From Candidatus Sulfobium sp. (GTDB lineage Bacteria > Nitrospirota > Thermodesulfovibrionia > Thermodesulfovibrionales > UBA6898): a stretch of 52,243 nucleotides of DNA. The notes under the pieces were generated by a model. That model saw only the letters and a list, made by a program, of their open reading frames with translations, did no database searches and was not told where the DNA came from. Positions 8,615 through 17,805 of the stretch are shown one piece after another (position 1 is the stretch's first letter; each line of letters begins with the position of its first letter). The stretch is from assembly GCA_037380845.1 (NCBI GenBank), contig JARRRI010000004.1, forward strand, positions 1-52,243, given 5' to 3'. Position numbers and translations under genes: made by a program.

Positions 8615-9550
8615 CTAAACCTCCTTCTCGGCCATCTCTTCCGTTTCTTCCGGAGCCGCGGCCTGGATGACTGACGGCTCGTACTGACTGATGATTTCGA
8701 GTGCCTTCTTCGGCGTCATAGCCCCGTGCGTGTCCTGATCGATCACCATCACAGGGGCAAGGCCGCAGGCCCCGAGGCACCTGACGCCCTCAAGGGAGAA
8801 TTTCCTGTCGTCGGTGGTGTCTCCTATGTGGATCTTGAGTGCGTCGCTGATCTTGCCCAGCACACCTTCGATCCCTTTAACATAGCACGCCGTGCCGAGG
8901 CAGACCCTGATATTGTGGTCACCCCTGGGCTTCATCGTGAAGAAGGAGTAAAACGATACAACGCTGTGCACCTCCGCCGGAGGAAGGTTGAGCCCCCTGG
9001 CTATCTTCTTCTGTACGACCGGCGGGAGATATCCTACGATTTCCTGCGCCCTCTGAAGAACGGGGATCAGGGACCCCGGCCTCTCTCTGAACGCTTCTAT
9101 CACCCTCTGGAGTTCAGCCTCCATCGCGGGAGGAAGTTCCTCGGCGGTTTTTTCCGCACCTTCCTCTTTCTGCCTGCCCTTCGTCCATTCCACGGCCCGC
9201 TGGGTCACGTCGAGAAGGACCGCAGGGGTGAAGGGCTTCGGCACATAATCTATGATGCCGAGCTCAAGGGCTTCCTTTATCGTTTCCTGGGAGGGGTAGC
9301 CGGTAATGATTACTATGCCCGCCGCAGGCTTCGTCTTCTTTATCCATTTGATCAGGGTGATACCGTCTACCTCGGGCATCTTCAGGTCGGTGAAGACGAG
9401 GTCGTAATCCCCCTGCCCCATCTTCATGATCGCCTCCCTGCCGCCCTGGGCGCCTTCCACTGCATACCCTTCGCCCTTCAGGACCCTCTCCGCGCTCCGG
9501 ATGACGATGAGTTCGTCATCGACAATCAGTATTTTCGGGTCTCCCGCCAT
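8615..9550 (-). CDS. Receiver domain fused to a NuoE/HydC (HndA) 2Fe-2S subunit
   Basis: N-terminal ILIVDDE, TDLKMP, ITGY, PKPF; C-terminal VCLGTACYVKG and VRCLGACGLAP. Confidence 0.92.
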   Translation of the reverse strand: MAGDPKILIVDDELIVIRSAERVLKGEGYAVEGAQGGREAIMKMGQGDYDLVFTDLKMPEVDGITLIKWIKKTKPAAGIVIITGYPSQETIKEALELGIIDYVPKPFTPAVLLDVTQRAVEWTKGRQKEEGAEKTAEELPPAMEAELQRVIEAFRERPGSLIPVLQRAQEIVGYLPPVVQKKIARGLNLPPAEVHSVVSFYSFFTMKPRGDHNIRVCLGTACYVKGIEGVLGKISDALKIHIGDTTDDRKFSLEGVRCLGACGLAPVMVIDQDTHGAMTPKKALEIISQYEPSVIQAAAPEETEEMAEKEV

Positions 9551-9565
9551 AATTTCCTCCTGGAG

Positions 9566-10339
9566 TTATTGATTGGTTGTTAACGGTTTTATGCGTGCCA
9601 GCCAAAGCAGCCAGCCTTCGCTCAGATTGTCGCGTACCAGGGCGCTCATCGCGTCATTTGCCTGATGGTTCAGCTGGGTCACCACGCCCGACATGGGCGA
9701 GATGAGGTCGTCGGTCTGTCCGCCCCCCGAAAGGACTTTCGCAAAACATTCGCCGGCGGCGACCGCCTTTATGTCCGCGGGGAGGTCTATGTACATGAGC
9801 TGGCCGCTCAACAACCAGTAACGTATGTCGCAGCCTATTTCCCATAATCCGTCTTTCACCGGCCGTGCCCAAGTCCCCTCCTTATAAAAGATGACGGGGT
9901 TTGCCGTATCCCTCAGAGAAACGATCTCGTTCCTGAATTCGTCGATAAATGCCTTCCTGAGTATCCATCCCCTGTTGTCGAAGACCTTCGTGGCCACATT
10001 CAACATGAAATCGGGTGTGAAGGGCTTTTCGATGAATTCGAACGCCCCGAGCCTGACGGACTCTTTGGCGTCTTCCAGCGTGGGATAGCCCGTTATGATT
10101 ACTACGTCCAGACCGGGCTGGATGACCTTCGATTCCCTGAGGACGGTGATCCCGTTGACGTCGGGCAGCCTGACGTCCGTAATAAGAAGATCAAACTCTT
10201 CATTGGAGATCTTCTTTATCGCGTCCTCGCCCTTGTCCGCGGTCAATATGTTGAATCCTTCCGCTCCGAGGATTCTTTTGCAACTGAGCGTTACAACCGG
10301 GTCGTCGTCAAGGACCAGTATTTTTCCCTTGTTTTCCAT
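9566..10339 (-). CDS. Receiver domain fused to a GcvH-like (glycine cleavage H) domain
   Basis: Receiver motifs LDDD, TDVRLP, EKPF; C-terminal TWAR...IG...YIDLP...GE.F...LISPMSGVVTQLN...EGWL. Start at 10339 has AGGAGG upstream. Confidence 0.8.
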   Translation of the reverse strand: MENKGKILVLDDDPVVTLSCKRILGAEGFNILTADKGEDAIKKISNEEFDLLITDVRLPDVNGITVLRESKVIQPGLDVVIITGYPTLEDAKESVRLGAFEFIEKPFTPDFMLNVATKVFDNRGWILRKAFIDEFRNEIVSLRDTANPVIFYKEGTWARPVKDGLWEIGCDIRYWLLSGQLMYIDLPADIKAVAAGECFAKVLSGGGQTDDLISPMSGVVTQLNHQANDAMSALVRDNLSEGWLLWLARIKPLTTNQ

Positions 10340-10388
10340 AGTCGCCTCCTCCTGTTCAGTTCTTGAAGCCTTGAACGTCATCAATCAA

Positions 10389-10405
10389 AGCAAATGAGAT
10401 GCCAA
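10389..10405 (-). promoter_or_regulatory. sigma54 (-24/-12) promoter
   Basis: Minus strand reads TTGGCATCTCATTTGCT (GG-N10-GC), about 50 bp upstream of the first gene of the operon. Confidence 0.8.
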
Positions 10406-10654
10406 AATGAAAAAACCTTCGAAAACAGACAGTTATCGGTAAAAGATTGGGCGAAAGGCCGGAACAGAAGCTTGCGAAGTATAAGAAAATAATACAGGGG
10501 AGGGTGCATCGACCTCAAATCGCCGTCGGAAGCCGGTAAAGAGAAGGATTTGAAGTATGTATTTTCTTTTTATACACGTATATATGGCAACTGAAAATAC
10601 CGAAGGCAAGCGGCAATAGGCCAGAGGCAACAGGTTGGGGGGAACTCCGCCTGA

Positions 10655-10728
10655 TCATTCCCGGGGTAGTAGCCGGGAATCCCTGTCTCTAAGCAGATGT
10701 GCCCGGATTTCCGCCTTGCGAAAATGAC
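10655..10728. repeat. REP-like palindrome doublet
   Basis: TCATTCCCGGGGTAGTAGCCGGGAATCC...GGATTTCCGCCTTGCGAAAATGAC; related copies at 20781, 34511 and 37748. Confidence 0.75.
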
Positions 10729-10774
10729 GACGTGCAACCCTGAACATAAGAGAAGAAGCTTTGGATGTATTGCA

Positions 10775-11245
10775 CTAGAAACGCAGGGTGGCCTTCATCC
10801 TCTTCGGATTCAGAAGCAGGTCCAGCGCATCGACAGCGGAACGTACCAGGATGGCTGCGGAAGTGGCGGCATCCATCGCGCACCCCTCCTCGAGCAAGAC
10901 GGCGATGCCGACCCTTGCGGCCTTCAGCATCCTTCTGTCGTTGTTGCCGTTGCCCAGCGCAACTACACCCTCCGGCCCCAGGCTGTCGACGTACGATTCC
11001 TTCTGGATGTCGTGGCCTTTACCGCGGAGGATATGCAACGTGCATTGCACACCTTCAAGTTCCTTCCTTGCCATGCCGAACGTGTCGGCTGTCAGAACGT
11101 GTATCGTGAGGAACTCACCTGCTTTGTTGAGGCGTTCCTTAACCCCGGGCAGGAGTTTTCCGTCGACCGACAACGTTCCGGTAAAATCGGATACAAGGTG
11201 TTCCAGTCTTACGGACCCGAAACCGGGTATTTCTATCTCGTGCAT
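10775..11245 (-). CDS. HAD-family hydrolase (soluble P-type ATPase-like)
   Basis: DFTGTL, LTADTFG, GNGNND. Confidence 0.85.
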   Translation of the reverse strand: MHEIEIPGFGSVRLEHLVSDFTGTLSVDGKLLPGVKERLNKAGEFLTIHVLTADTFGMARKELEGVQCTLHILRGKGHDIQKESYVDSLGPEGVVALGNGNNDRRMLKAARVGIAVLLEEGCAMDAATSAAILVRSAVDALDLLLNPKRMKATLRF

Positions 11246-11479
11246 TGTTGCCTCCAGGCAGGCAGCCCGGGATTATTATCCTTACGGCTGCAAAAAGAAT
11301 CCTCACGAAGCACGAAGGGCGCGGTGAAGAATGCCGTGCAGCGACACCCTACGGCCCTGTACAGGGGTCCGCCATCTTTTCCCCGAAGTCACAAGCCGTC
11401 AGGTCTGTATTTATATGTGAGACGGGTGAAATAATGTTGCGATTGCAAGGCCTTTTCCGTGCTGCCGGTAACACAAGGG

Positions 11480-12187
11480 TTATTCTCCCGCGTCCCTGTG
11501 GGTATACTTGATAATGTCCACGTCGGAAAGGGCGACGATACCCTCCGTCACCATTTCGTCCAGGATGGGCATCACCTTCCTGACGTTTTCTTCGACGTCC
11601 ATCACCGTGATCAGTATGGGCATTTCCCCCGTTGACGTCAGAGTCTTCTTCTTGTGGTAGCGGCGGTGAGGGCCGTATCCCGCGATTGCCTTATATACGG
11701 TCGCTCCGGCGATGTCGGTCATGATGAGCCTCTTTACGATCGCCTCGTACAGTGGCTCCCCCTCCCACTTGTCATCTTCGCTTATCATGATGCGAAGCAT
11801 TTTTGCCTTGCCCTGCAGTTTCATGGTTTCTTCCTTTTGCTCCTCGGTCTTGGCGCTCTTGCAGCACTTAACAACATTAGTGTCAGACACCTCCACGAGG
11901 CCCTTTTCAACGACGTGATAAACGTCCGGAAGGACCTTGTCGATCATTTCCGCTGAATCAACTACCTCTATCTTGACCGGCAGGCTTGTAGAGAGTTCGA
12001 GCATCTTCGCTGTATGAACAACACCGTCGCTTCCGTACCCTGCTATGCCCCTGAATACGCTCACCCCGATGATCTTGTTTTTGAAAAAGATATCGAGCAG
12101 AACCTCATATACGGGCTTGCCGTGGAACTTTTCCGTCTCGTCGACGTATACGACAAGCTTCTTTGCCGGTCCCTTGGTTACCATCAA
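11480..12187 (-). CDS. Tandem DUF190 (PII-like) protein
   Basis: Two repeats of (YVDE/MISE)...PxYE...G(V/A)(S/T)V..(G/A)IAGYG...P(V/I); directly downstream of crcB. Confidence 0.85.
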   Translation of the reverse strand: MMVTKGPAKKLVVYVDETEKFHGKPVYEVLLDIFFKNKIIGVSVFRGIAGYGSDGVVHTAKMLELSTSLPVKIEVVDSAEMIDKVLPDVYHVVEKGLVEVSDTNVVKCCKSAKTEEQKEETMKLQGKAKMLRIMISEDDKWEGEPLYEAIVKRLIMTDIAGATVYKAIAGYGPHRRYHKKKTLTSTGEMPILITVMDVEENVRKVMPILDEMVTEGIVALSDVDIIKYTHRDAGE

Positions 12188-12192
12188 GCCTC

Positions 12193-12570
12193 CTATAGTA
12201 TCTTGGCGAGTACCTCGCCTGTCTTAAGTGCGACAAACCCCAGAAACACGCTCAAAACAATATTGAGGCCCGCCAGCAGAAGCTCGCTGTCTTTCAGCAG
12301 CTTGCCGGTCTCATATTCGAAGGTCGAGAAAGTCGTATAGGCCCCCAAAAACCCGACGAAAAGAAAAAGCCTTATCTGCGGGCTGACCACAAATTTCTCG
12401 GTAAGCAGTGTCATCAATAACCCGATAAAAAAACAGCCGCTTACATTGGCGGCGAACGTACCGGCGGGGAAGCTCCTGCCCCACTTCATCCCGACCCAGG
12501 TCGCGATCACGTATCTGGCGATTGCCCCTATGAAGCCGCCTGCCCCTATTACCAGATAATTTATCATCAA
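12193..12570 (-). CDS. crcB: Fluoride efflux channel CrcB/Fluc
   Basis: GGFIGAIARY, FPAGTFAANVSG, GFLGAYTTFSTF. Confidence 0.96.
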   Translation of the reverse strand: MMINYLVIGAGGFIGAIARYVIATWVGMKWGRSFPAGTFAANVSGCFFIGLLMTLLTEKFVVSPQIRLFLFVGFLGAYTTFSTFEYETGKLLKDSELLLAGLNIVLSVFLGFVALKTGEVLAKIL

Positions 12571-12599
12571 TGACCCAGTTTCTCAAACCTTAACGGCAC

Positions 12600-12632
12600 A
12601 AAAAACTCCTGCCCTCGAAAAAGAGCAGGAGT
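12600..12632 (-). terminator. Intrinsic terminator of the riboswitch expression platform
   Basis: Minus strand ACTCCTGCTC-TTTTTC-GAGGGCAGGAGT followed by a T-run; overlaps the aptamer 3' end. Confidence 0.8.
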
Positions 12633-12675
12633 CATCAGCCGGAATCGGCGCTTAAAGGCGAACTCCATCGCCTCT
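12624..12675 (-). ncRNA. Fluoride riboswitch (crcB motif)
   Basis: Minus strand GGCGATGGAGTTCGCC...GCTGATGACTCCTGC, directly upstream of crcB. Confidence 0.93.
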
Positions 12676-12678
12676 GGT

Positions 12679-12708
12679 AACATATCAATAAAGATCCTGA
12701 TATGTCAA
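12679..12708 (-). promoter_or_regulatory. sigma70-type promoter for the riboswitch-crcB unit
   Basis: TTGACA-N18-TATGTT ending a few bases before the aptamer. Confidence 0.65.
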
Positions 12709-12986
12709 CAGCACCCCACAATTGACCGCGACTTCCCTCCGGACATGTCATTGGTCAGGTTGTCACTCAAAACGGAAGAAGTACTTCGGTCGCGAACTTC
12801 GGCAAGGTATCCGAACATGAATGGCATGTTTTCTCAAACTGATAGGACAGGAACATCTTGGTCCGGAGTCGATAGACCCTATTGGACTGTCGGATATTCA
12901 GCCCAAGAGCTGCGGATCAGAATTTCCGGCTTTTACTCTCTAATGCTTACGGCTTCCTGCCTGAAATTCCCAATAAAGGCACCGCA

Positions 12987-13157
12987 TTATTGGAATCCCA
13001 GATAGACTTCACCAACAGTAGCGCCTATGTCGCCCTCCGTTGTTGAGGACTGGGTACTTTTCAGGGCATGCCTGATTACTTCCTCTTTTTCTTTATCCGT
13101 GAGGCGTGCCCAAAGATTGGATTCGTTCAGGATCTCTATAACTTCCTTCGCAGTCAT
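12987..13157 (-). CDS. Small hypothetical protein
   Basis: MTAKEVIEILNESNLW... with AGGGGGT upstream of the ATG. Confidence 0.5.
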   Translation of the reverse strand: MTAKEVIEILNESNLWARLTDKEKEEVIRHALKSTQSSTTEGDIGATVGEVYLGFQ

Positions 13158-13190
13158 AATTGCCACCCCCCTTGACCTGGAGAAGCACAT

Positions 13191-13304
13191 TCAGTCAGTA
13201 GACCTGCGTCCCGGCTTCCCGACGAAGGTCAACCCAAATGAAGAACCGTAGTCTGCAACGAGGCCCATTGCCAAAATAAGACCAAAAATTATTGACCTTC
13301 TCAT
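13191..13304 (-). CDS. 37-aa small ORF resembling a signal peptide or single TM
   Basis: Strong RBS AAAGGAGGAGGAGA-ATG; MRRSIIFGLILAMGLVADYGSSFGLTFVGKPGRRSTD. Confidence 0.4.
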   Translation of the reverse strand: MRRSIIFGLILAMGLVADYGSSFGLTFVGKPGRRSTD

Positions 13305-13642
13305 TCTCCTCCTCCTTTCGTTTCTCGATTAGTGACCTAATTGAATCAGGGTCCTGATTCCTACTTGTAGCTTACCGGCTTTACCGCCCGATTGCTATGA
13401 TATTCACTGCCTTTGTTGCGGCAATTATTGCGGAAGAGATTGCTCTTTATTGCTGGCATTACCGAGTAAGCGCAATAAAAAGCAACATTACGGTAATTGC
13501 TGCTTATGATCACGTCTGACACAGCTGTTAATCTGTTCAAACTCACGACCTATTCTTTAATTGTATCGAAAAGGGGGCTTCGGAAAGCGGTACTACGGAT
13601 AACCTTTATCGTCCGCAGTGTTTATCTTCAAAGGTGAGCATT

Positions 13643-13963
13643 TCAAACATCTGAAATATACCGGGCTCCAGCCTCAAAATAACGAGGGCCTTTTTTCGAC
13701 CATTTGATTAAGGCCTTGCGGCCGCTAAAATCAGGCATCATGTGTTCCGTTATTGTTAAAGTCTGTCCTTCTTTAATGCCTGCCTGAGTAAGAAAACCGA
13801 AGCCGCGGGAAGAAATGTCAATTGTTATACCTTCAAAAATTTCTTCGGATATGCCATTGAAGAATCGAAAATTAGCAATAATTCCGTCGCGCGCAACAAT
13901 TCTCCTTTCTTCTTCACTTGTGGCTCTTCTTATAGCTGCCGAGGTGACTGTACCAGAAGACAT
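13643..13963 (-). CDS. PilZ-domain protein
   Basis: Degenerate R-rich motif (RRATSEEERR) and DISSRGFG; adjacent to a GGDEF-EAL gene. Confidence 0.7.
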   Translation of the reverse strand: MSSGTVTSAAIRRATSEEERRIVARDGIIANFRFFNGISEEIFEGITIDISSRGFGFLTQAGIKEGQTLTITEHMMPDFSGRKALIKWSKKGPRYFEAGARYISDV

Positions 13964-14327
13964 CAGCTTATACTTTTACGCCTATTACAATACATCATCC
14001 TTACCGTAATTCGGAGAAAACGCAACACCAGTCAATTGGTCAACTCCTCTTTGATTACAATAGACCTATTATAGCGGAGGTGTCAACTTCAAAGTTTGGT
14101 TCTCATTTTAGCTTATAGCCGGCGTTTTAGAGGCTTTGCAGGAGGGGGTATAAAAAGGGCTGCACCAAGACACATCTTGAGACTAAAGTGCGGGGTGAAC
14201 TCCTCGTGCACTGAGAAAATCCTGCTGTACTGACTTGACTTCGGGAATAAACCAGTACATATTAAAATTGCTTGTTCAAGAAAACCGTTGGGTGAAGAAG
14301 GCTTTTTTGGGGCGGGGGTGAAAAAGC

Positions 14328-16022
14328 ATGAAAAATGAGGAAGAGATTCGTGCTGTAAAAGCAGACAACTCTGCTTATAAGGTTTTATCCAGAACAGCAT
14401 TCTACATTGTGATTCTGGCGTGGATTTTACTCGCTGTCTATATTTTGCATATTGACGGAGAGTTAAGCGAAGACATCATTAGGCCCTTCCTGATAGCGGA
14501 TAGGCCGGGCTTTAGACTCCGGGCTTTCGTACTGCTTGTACCGCTTGTTTTGACCTTACTTGGATATCTCATCAATGACAGGGCAAATCTTTTCAGAAAG
14601 GCCCTGGCTGCAGAAAAGGAATCACGGCAAAGAACTGCCGAGCTCGAACAAGTCAACGAGCTTTTGACACGTGAAAATAGCGAACGGAAAAAGGCGGAAG
14701 ATCTGTTGACCCGTCAGGCTTTTTATGATTCTCTTACAAATCTGCCGAACCGGTCGCTTTTTATCGAGCGTCTGCGCGCTTCACTGCAGCGCAGGAAGCG
14801 GTATCCTGATCATTCCTTCGCCGTGCTGTTTCTTGATCTTGATCGCTTCAAGGTTATCAACGACAGCCTGGGGCATATAATCGGGGACCAATTGCTCATA
14901 ATGCTTGCTCAAAGGCTGAAAAAACACATCAGGGCTATTGACACAATTGCCCGTTTTGGGGGTGACGAGTTCGCCGTCCTCCTGGAAGAGACCAAAGAAA
15001 TATCCGCTACGAATGAGATTGCCGAGCGGTTCCATAACGAGATGAAAGAGCCTTTTACAATATTCGGTCGTCAGATATTTACGACCATGAGTATAGGCAT
15101 GGTGCTCAGCAATATGGGAGATTACACAAAACCTGAGGAGCTCCTCCGCGACGCCGACACGGCAATGTACCACGCGAAAGAGCGCGGCAAGGCCTGTCAT
15201 ATCATCTTCGACGCAACCATGCATGAGAAGGTAACCGCAGCCCTTTGGCTCGAAACAGAGCTGCGGAGTGCAGTGGAGCGTAACGACTTTATTGTCCACT
15301 ATCAGCCCGTCATTTCACTTGAAGGGAACAAAGTTTGTGGATTCGAAGCGCTCCTCCGCTGGCGGCATCCGGAACGCGGGATTATTACGCCTTCGGAGTT
15401 TATTGTGGCGGCCGAAGAGACCGGCCTCATCTTTCCCCTCGGCGAACGCGTTATTCGGGAAGCATGCCGGCAGCTCAAGGCTTGGCAGGACCAATTCCCA
15501 ACTTACCGGGGCCTGACAGTCAGCGTGAATGTATCCGCAAAGGTCTTCTCACAGCCTGACTTCTTCGCCTCCGTGAAGAGCATCCTTGAGGAAACCGGCC
15601 TTGCGGGAAGCTGTCTAAGACTCGAGATAGTGGAAAGGACCCTTATAGAAAACCCCGAGCCGGCTGCCGCAACGATAAATCGCTTCAAGGAAATGAACGT
15701 CTTGTTCGACATCGATGACTTCGGCACCGGGTACTCTGCCCTGAACTATCTTCGCTACTTCCCCATAAAAGGTTTGAAGATCGACGGCTCATTCATTAAC
15801 GCCCTTACCTCTGACAATAATAATGTGGCAATTGTCAAAACAATGATTGCTTTAGGGAAGGTCCTTGGCTTAGACGTTATTGCCGAGGGAGTGGAAACAG
15901 TCGAACAGCTTGATGTATTCAAAACGTTACAGGGCGAATATGCGCAGGGATTTTATTTATTCAGGCCCTTGGACAGTAGGACAGCAGGGGACCTTCTTTC
16001 CGGCAAAATATCGTCGCATTGA
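14328..16022 (+). CDS. Membrane-anchored diguanylate cyclase/phosphodiesterase (GGDEF-EAL)
   Basis: Two TM segments, YDSLTNLPNR, RAID..FGGDEF, EAL, DDFGTGYS. Confidence 0.95.
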   Translation: MKNEEEIRAVKADNSAYKVLSRTAFYIVILAWILLAVYILHIDGELSEDIIRPFLIADRPGFRLRAFVLLVPLVLTLLGYLINDRANLFRKALAAEKESRQRTAELEQVNELLTRENSERKKAEDLLTRQAFYDSLTNLPNRSLFIERLRASLQRRKRYPDHSFAVLFLDLDRFKVINDSLGHIIGDQLLIMLAQRLKKHIRAIDTIARFGGDEFAVLLEETKEISATNEIAERFHNEMKEPFTIFGRQIFTTMSIGMVLSNMGDYTKPEELLRDADTAMYHAKERGKACHIIFDATMHEKVTAALWLETELRSAVERNDFIVHYQPVISLEGNKVCGFEALLRWRHPERGIITPSEFIVAAEETGLIFPLGERVIREACRQLKAWQDQFPTYRGLTVSVNVSAKVFSQPDFFASVKSILEETGLAGSCLRLEIVERTLIENPEPAAATINRFKEMNVLFDIDDFGTGYSALNYLRYFPIKGLKIDGSFINALTSDNNNVAIVKTMIALGKVLGLDVIAEGVETVEQLDVFKTLQGEYAQGFYLFRPLDSRTAGDLLSGKISSH

Positions 16023-16232
16023 AATACAACCTCAAATGAGAGCGACTGGTCTCGAAGGTTTCGGTAGTTTCAGCCAGATACTCTCCACCGCGTTTCCTGT
16101 ACAGGTCGAGGCAATGTCCGAAGGGGCTTCAGGATGTCGGGCTATAGCGCTTACTAAGCACAACCTTGCTCATTTGAGGGGAAATCGGTGATTTGGACGC
16201 TTTCCGCGTCATCGCTCGCCTGGCAGCAGATT

Positions 16233-17627
16233 TCAGCGGCCGGAGGGATGCTTCTGCTTCGCCGAGATATTGTATTTCTTCATGAGAGCATGGAAATTGG
16301 GCCTCTGCATTCCCACGTCGGAAGCCGCCTTCGATATATTCCACGCGTTTCTCTTCAGGGCCTCCATTAAAAAGGATTTCTCTATGTTTTCGACGGACTT
16401 GAGCCTCAGGTCTTTCTTCTTTTCCTTCAGTTCGTCCACGGTCTTCGGCACCTCTTCCGCTACCGGTATTTCAAGGGCAGAAAAATGCTCCGGCCGGAGG
16501 GTCTTGCCCTGACACATGATTATGGCGCGCTGTATGCTGTTTTCGAGCTGCCTCGCATTGCCCGGCCAGTCGAAAAGGAAAAGCATCCTCATCGTTTCCG
16601 CGCTTATATGAGTCACGCTCTTCCCAATCTCCCGGCTGTATTTCCGGAGAAAATGGTTGGCAAGGGCGGGGATGTCCTCCCTCCTTTCCCGAAGTGGCGG
16701 GATATGGATCGGAAAGATGTTCAGTCTGTAAAAGAAATCCTCCCTGAAGGTTCCATCCCTTACCATCGTCTTCAGATCCTTGTTCGTAGCCGACACAAAC
16801 CTGACGTCGGCCTGGACGGTCTTTTTTTCGCCGACCGGCCTGAACTCCTTCTCCTGCAGTACTCTAAGCAGCTTTGCCTGTGTCGACAGGGCGAGATTGC
16901 CTATCTCGTCAAAGAAGATGGTCCCTCCGCCCGCCATTTCCAGGAGTCCTTTTTTCTTTTCGAAGGCGCCCGTGAAGGCCCCTTTGGCATGTCCGAACAA
17001 TTCCGACTCGATAAGTGTTTCGGGGATGGCATTGCAGTCTACAATTATGAAGGGCTGTTCCTTCCTCGGGCTGTTGAAATGGATGGCCTTGGCGACAAGC
17101 TCTTTTCCGGTACCGCTTTCACCGGTGATGAGCACCGTGCTTCCAGTTACCGCCACCTTCGCTATGAGCTGAAAAATCCTCTGCATGGCCTGGGACACAC
17201 CGACGATGTTCCCAAGCTCATAGTGAGAAGGTACCATCTCTCTGCCGGCCGCCGAAAGACCCTTCCTCTCCATTGCCCGCTTTACGAGTGACAGCAGGTC
17301 GCCCGGGCTGAAGGGCTTTTCTATATAATCGAAGACGCCGGCTTTCATCGCCCTCACAGCGGTCTGTACCGTCCCGTACCCTGTCATGATGATCACTTCG
17401 GTTTCTGGCCACTTTTCCTTGATCCTTACCAGGATCTCTATGCCGTCGATGTCAGGCATCTTAAGATCGGTGAGAACAAGGTCAAAGGGAGAAGAGTCGA
17501 GTGCCTGCAGTCCCTCATTGCCGGATTTAGCGGTTCTTATCCCGTAGCCTTCCGGCCTGAGTATTCGTTCACAGCTGATCCTTATGATGTCTTCGTCATC
17601 GATGATAAGGATGCTGCCCCTGTTCAT
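16233..17627 (-). CDS. sigma54-dependent response regulator (REC-AAA+-Fis HTH)
   Basis: TDLKMP, GESGTGKE, GAFTGA, WPGNARQLEN; alternative start at 17645. Confidence 0.95.
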   Translation of the reverse strand: MNRGSILIIDDEDIIRISCERILRPEGYGIRTAKSGNEGLQALDSSPFDLVLTDLKMPDIDGIEILVRIKEKWPETEVIIMTGYGTVQTAVRAMKAGVFDYIEKPFSPGDLLSLVKRAMERKGLSAAGREMVPSHYELGNIVGVSQAMQRIFQLIAKVAVTGSTVLITGESGTGKELVAKAIHFNSPRKEQPFIIVDCNAIPETLIESELFGHAKGAFTGAFEKKKGLLEMAGGGTIFFDEIGNLALSTQAKLLRVLQEKEFRPVGEKKTVQADVRFVSATNKDLKTMVRDGTFREDFFYRLNIFPIHIPPLRERREDIPALANHFLRKYSREIGKSVTHISAETMRMLFLFDWPGNARQLENSIQRAIIMCQGKTLRPEHFSALEIPVAEEVPKTVDELKEKKKDLRLKSVENIEKSFLMEALKRNAWNISKAASDVGMQRPNFHALMKKYNISAKQKHPSGR

Positions 17628-17805
17628 GACGTCGGATTCCCCCATGGGTTATTCAGGGCCTGTGCCCAAAAGGACCCCGTTATCGTGGTTTTCAGCCTGT
17701 CCGGACCCCGGCAAATCGACCTTTATTATGTCATTGTCCGGTCAAGTCGTGGAATCACAGCCGACTTAACCTTAAAGTTGCATAAATTCTCTCATTCACG
17801 CAACT

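Noticed and set aside
14110..14330. Possible c-di-GMP-I riboswitch near the PilZ and GGDEF-EAL genes
   Set aside because: Only a GCAAAGCC fragment on the minus strand; the P1 GGCAAA...GNRA...GACGC architecture is absent.
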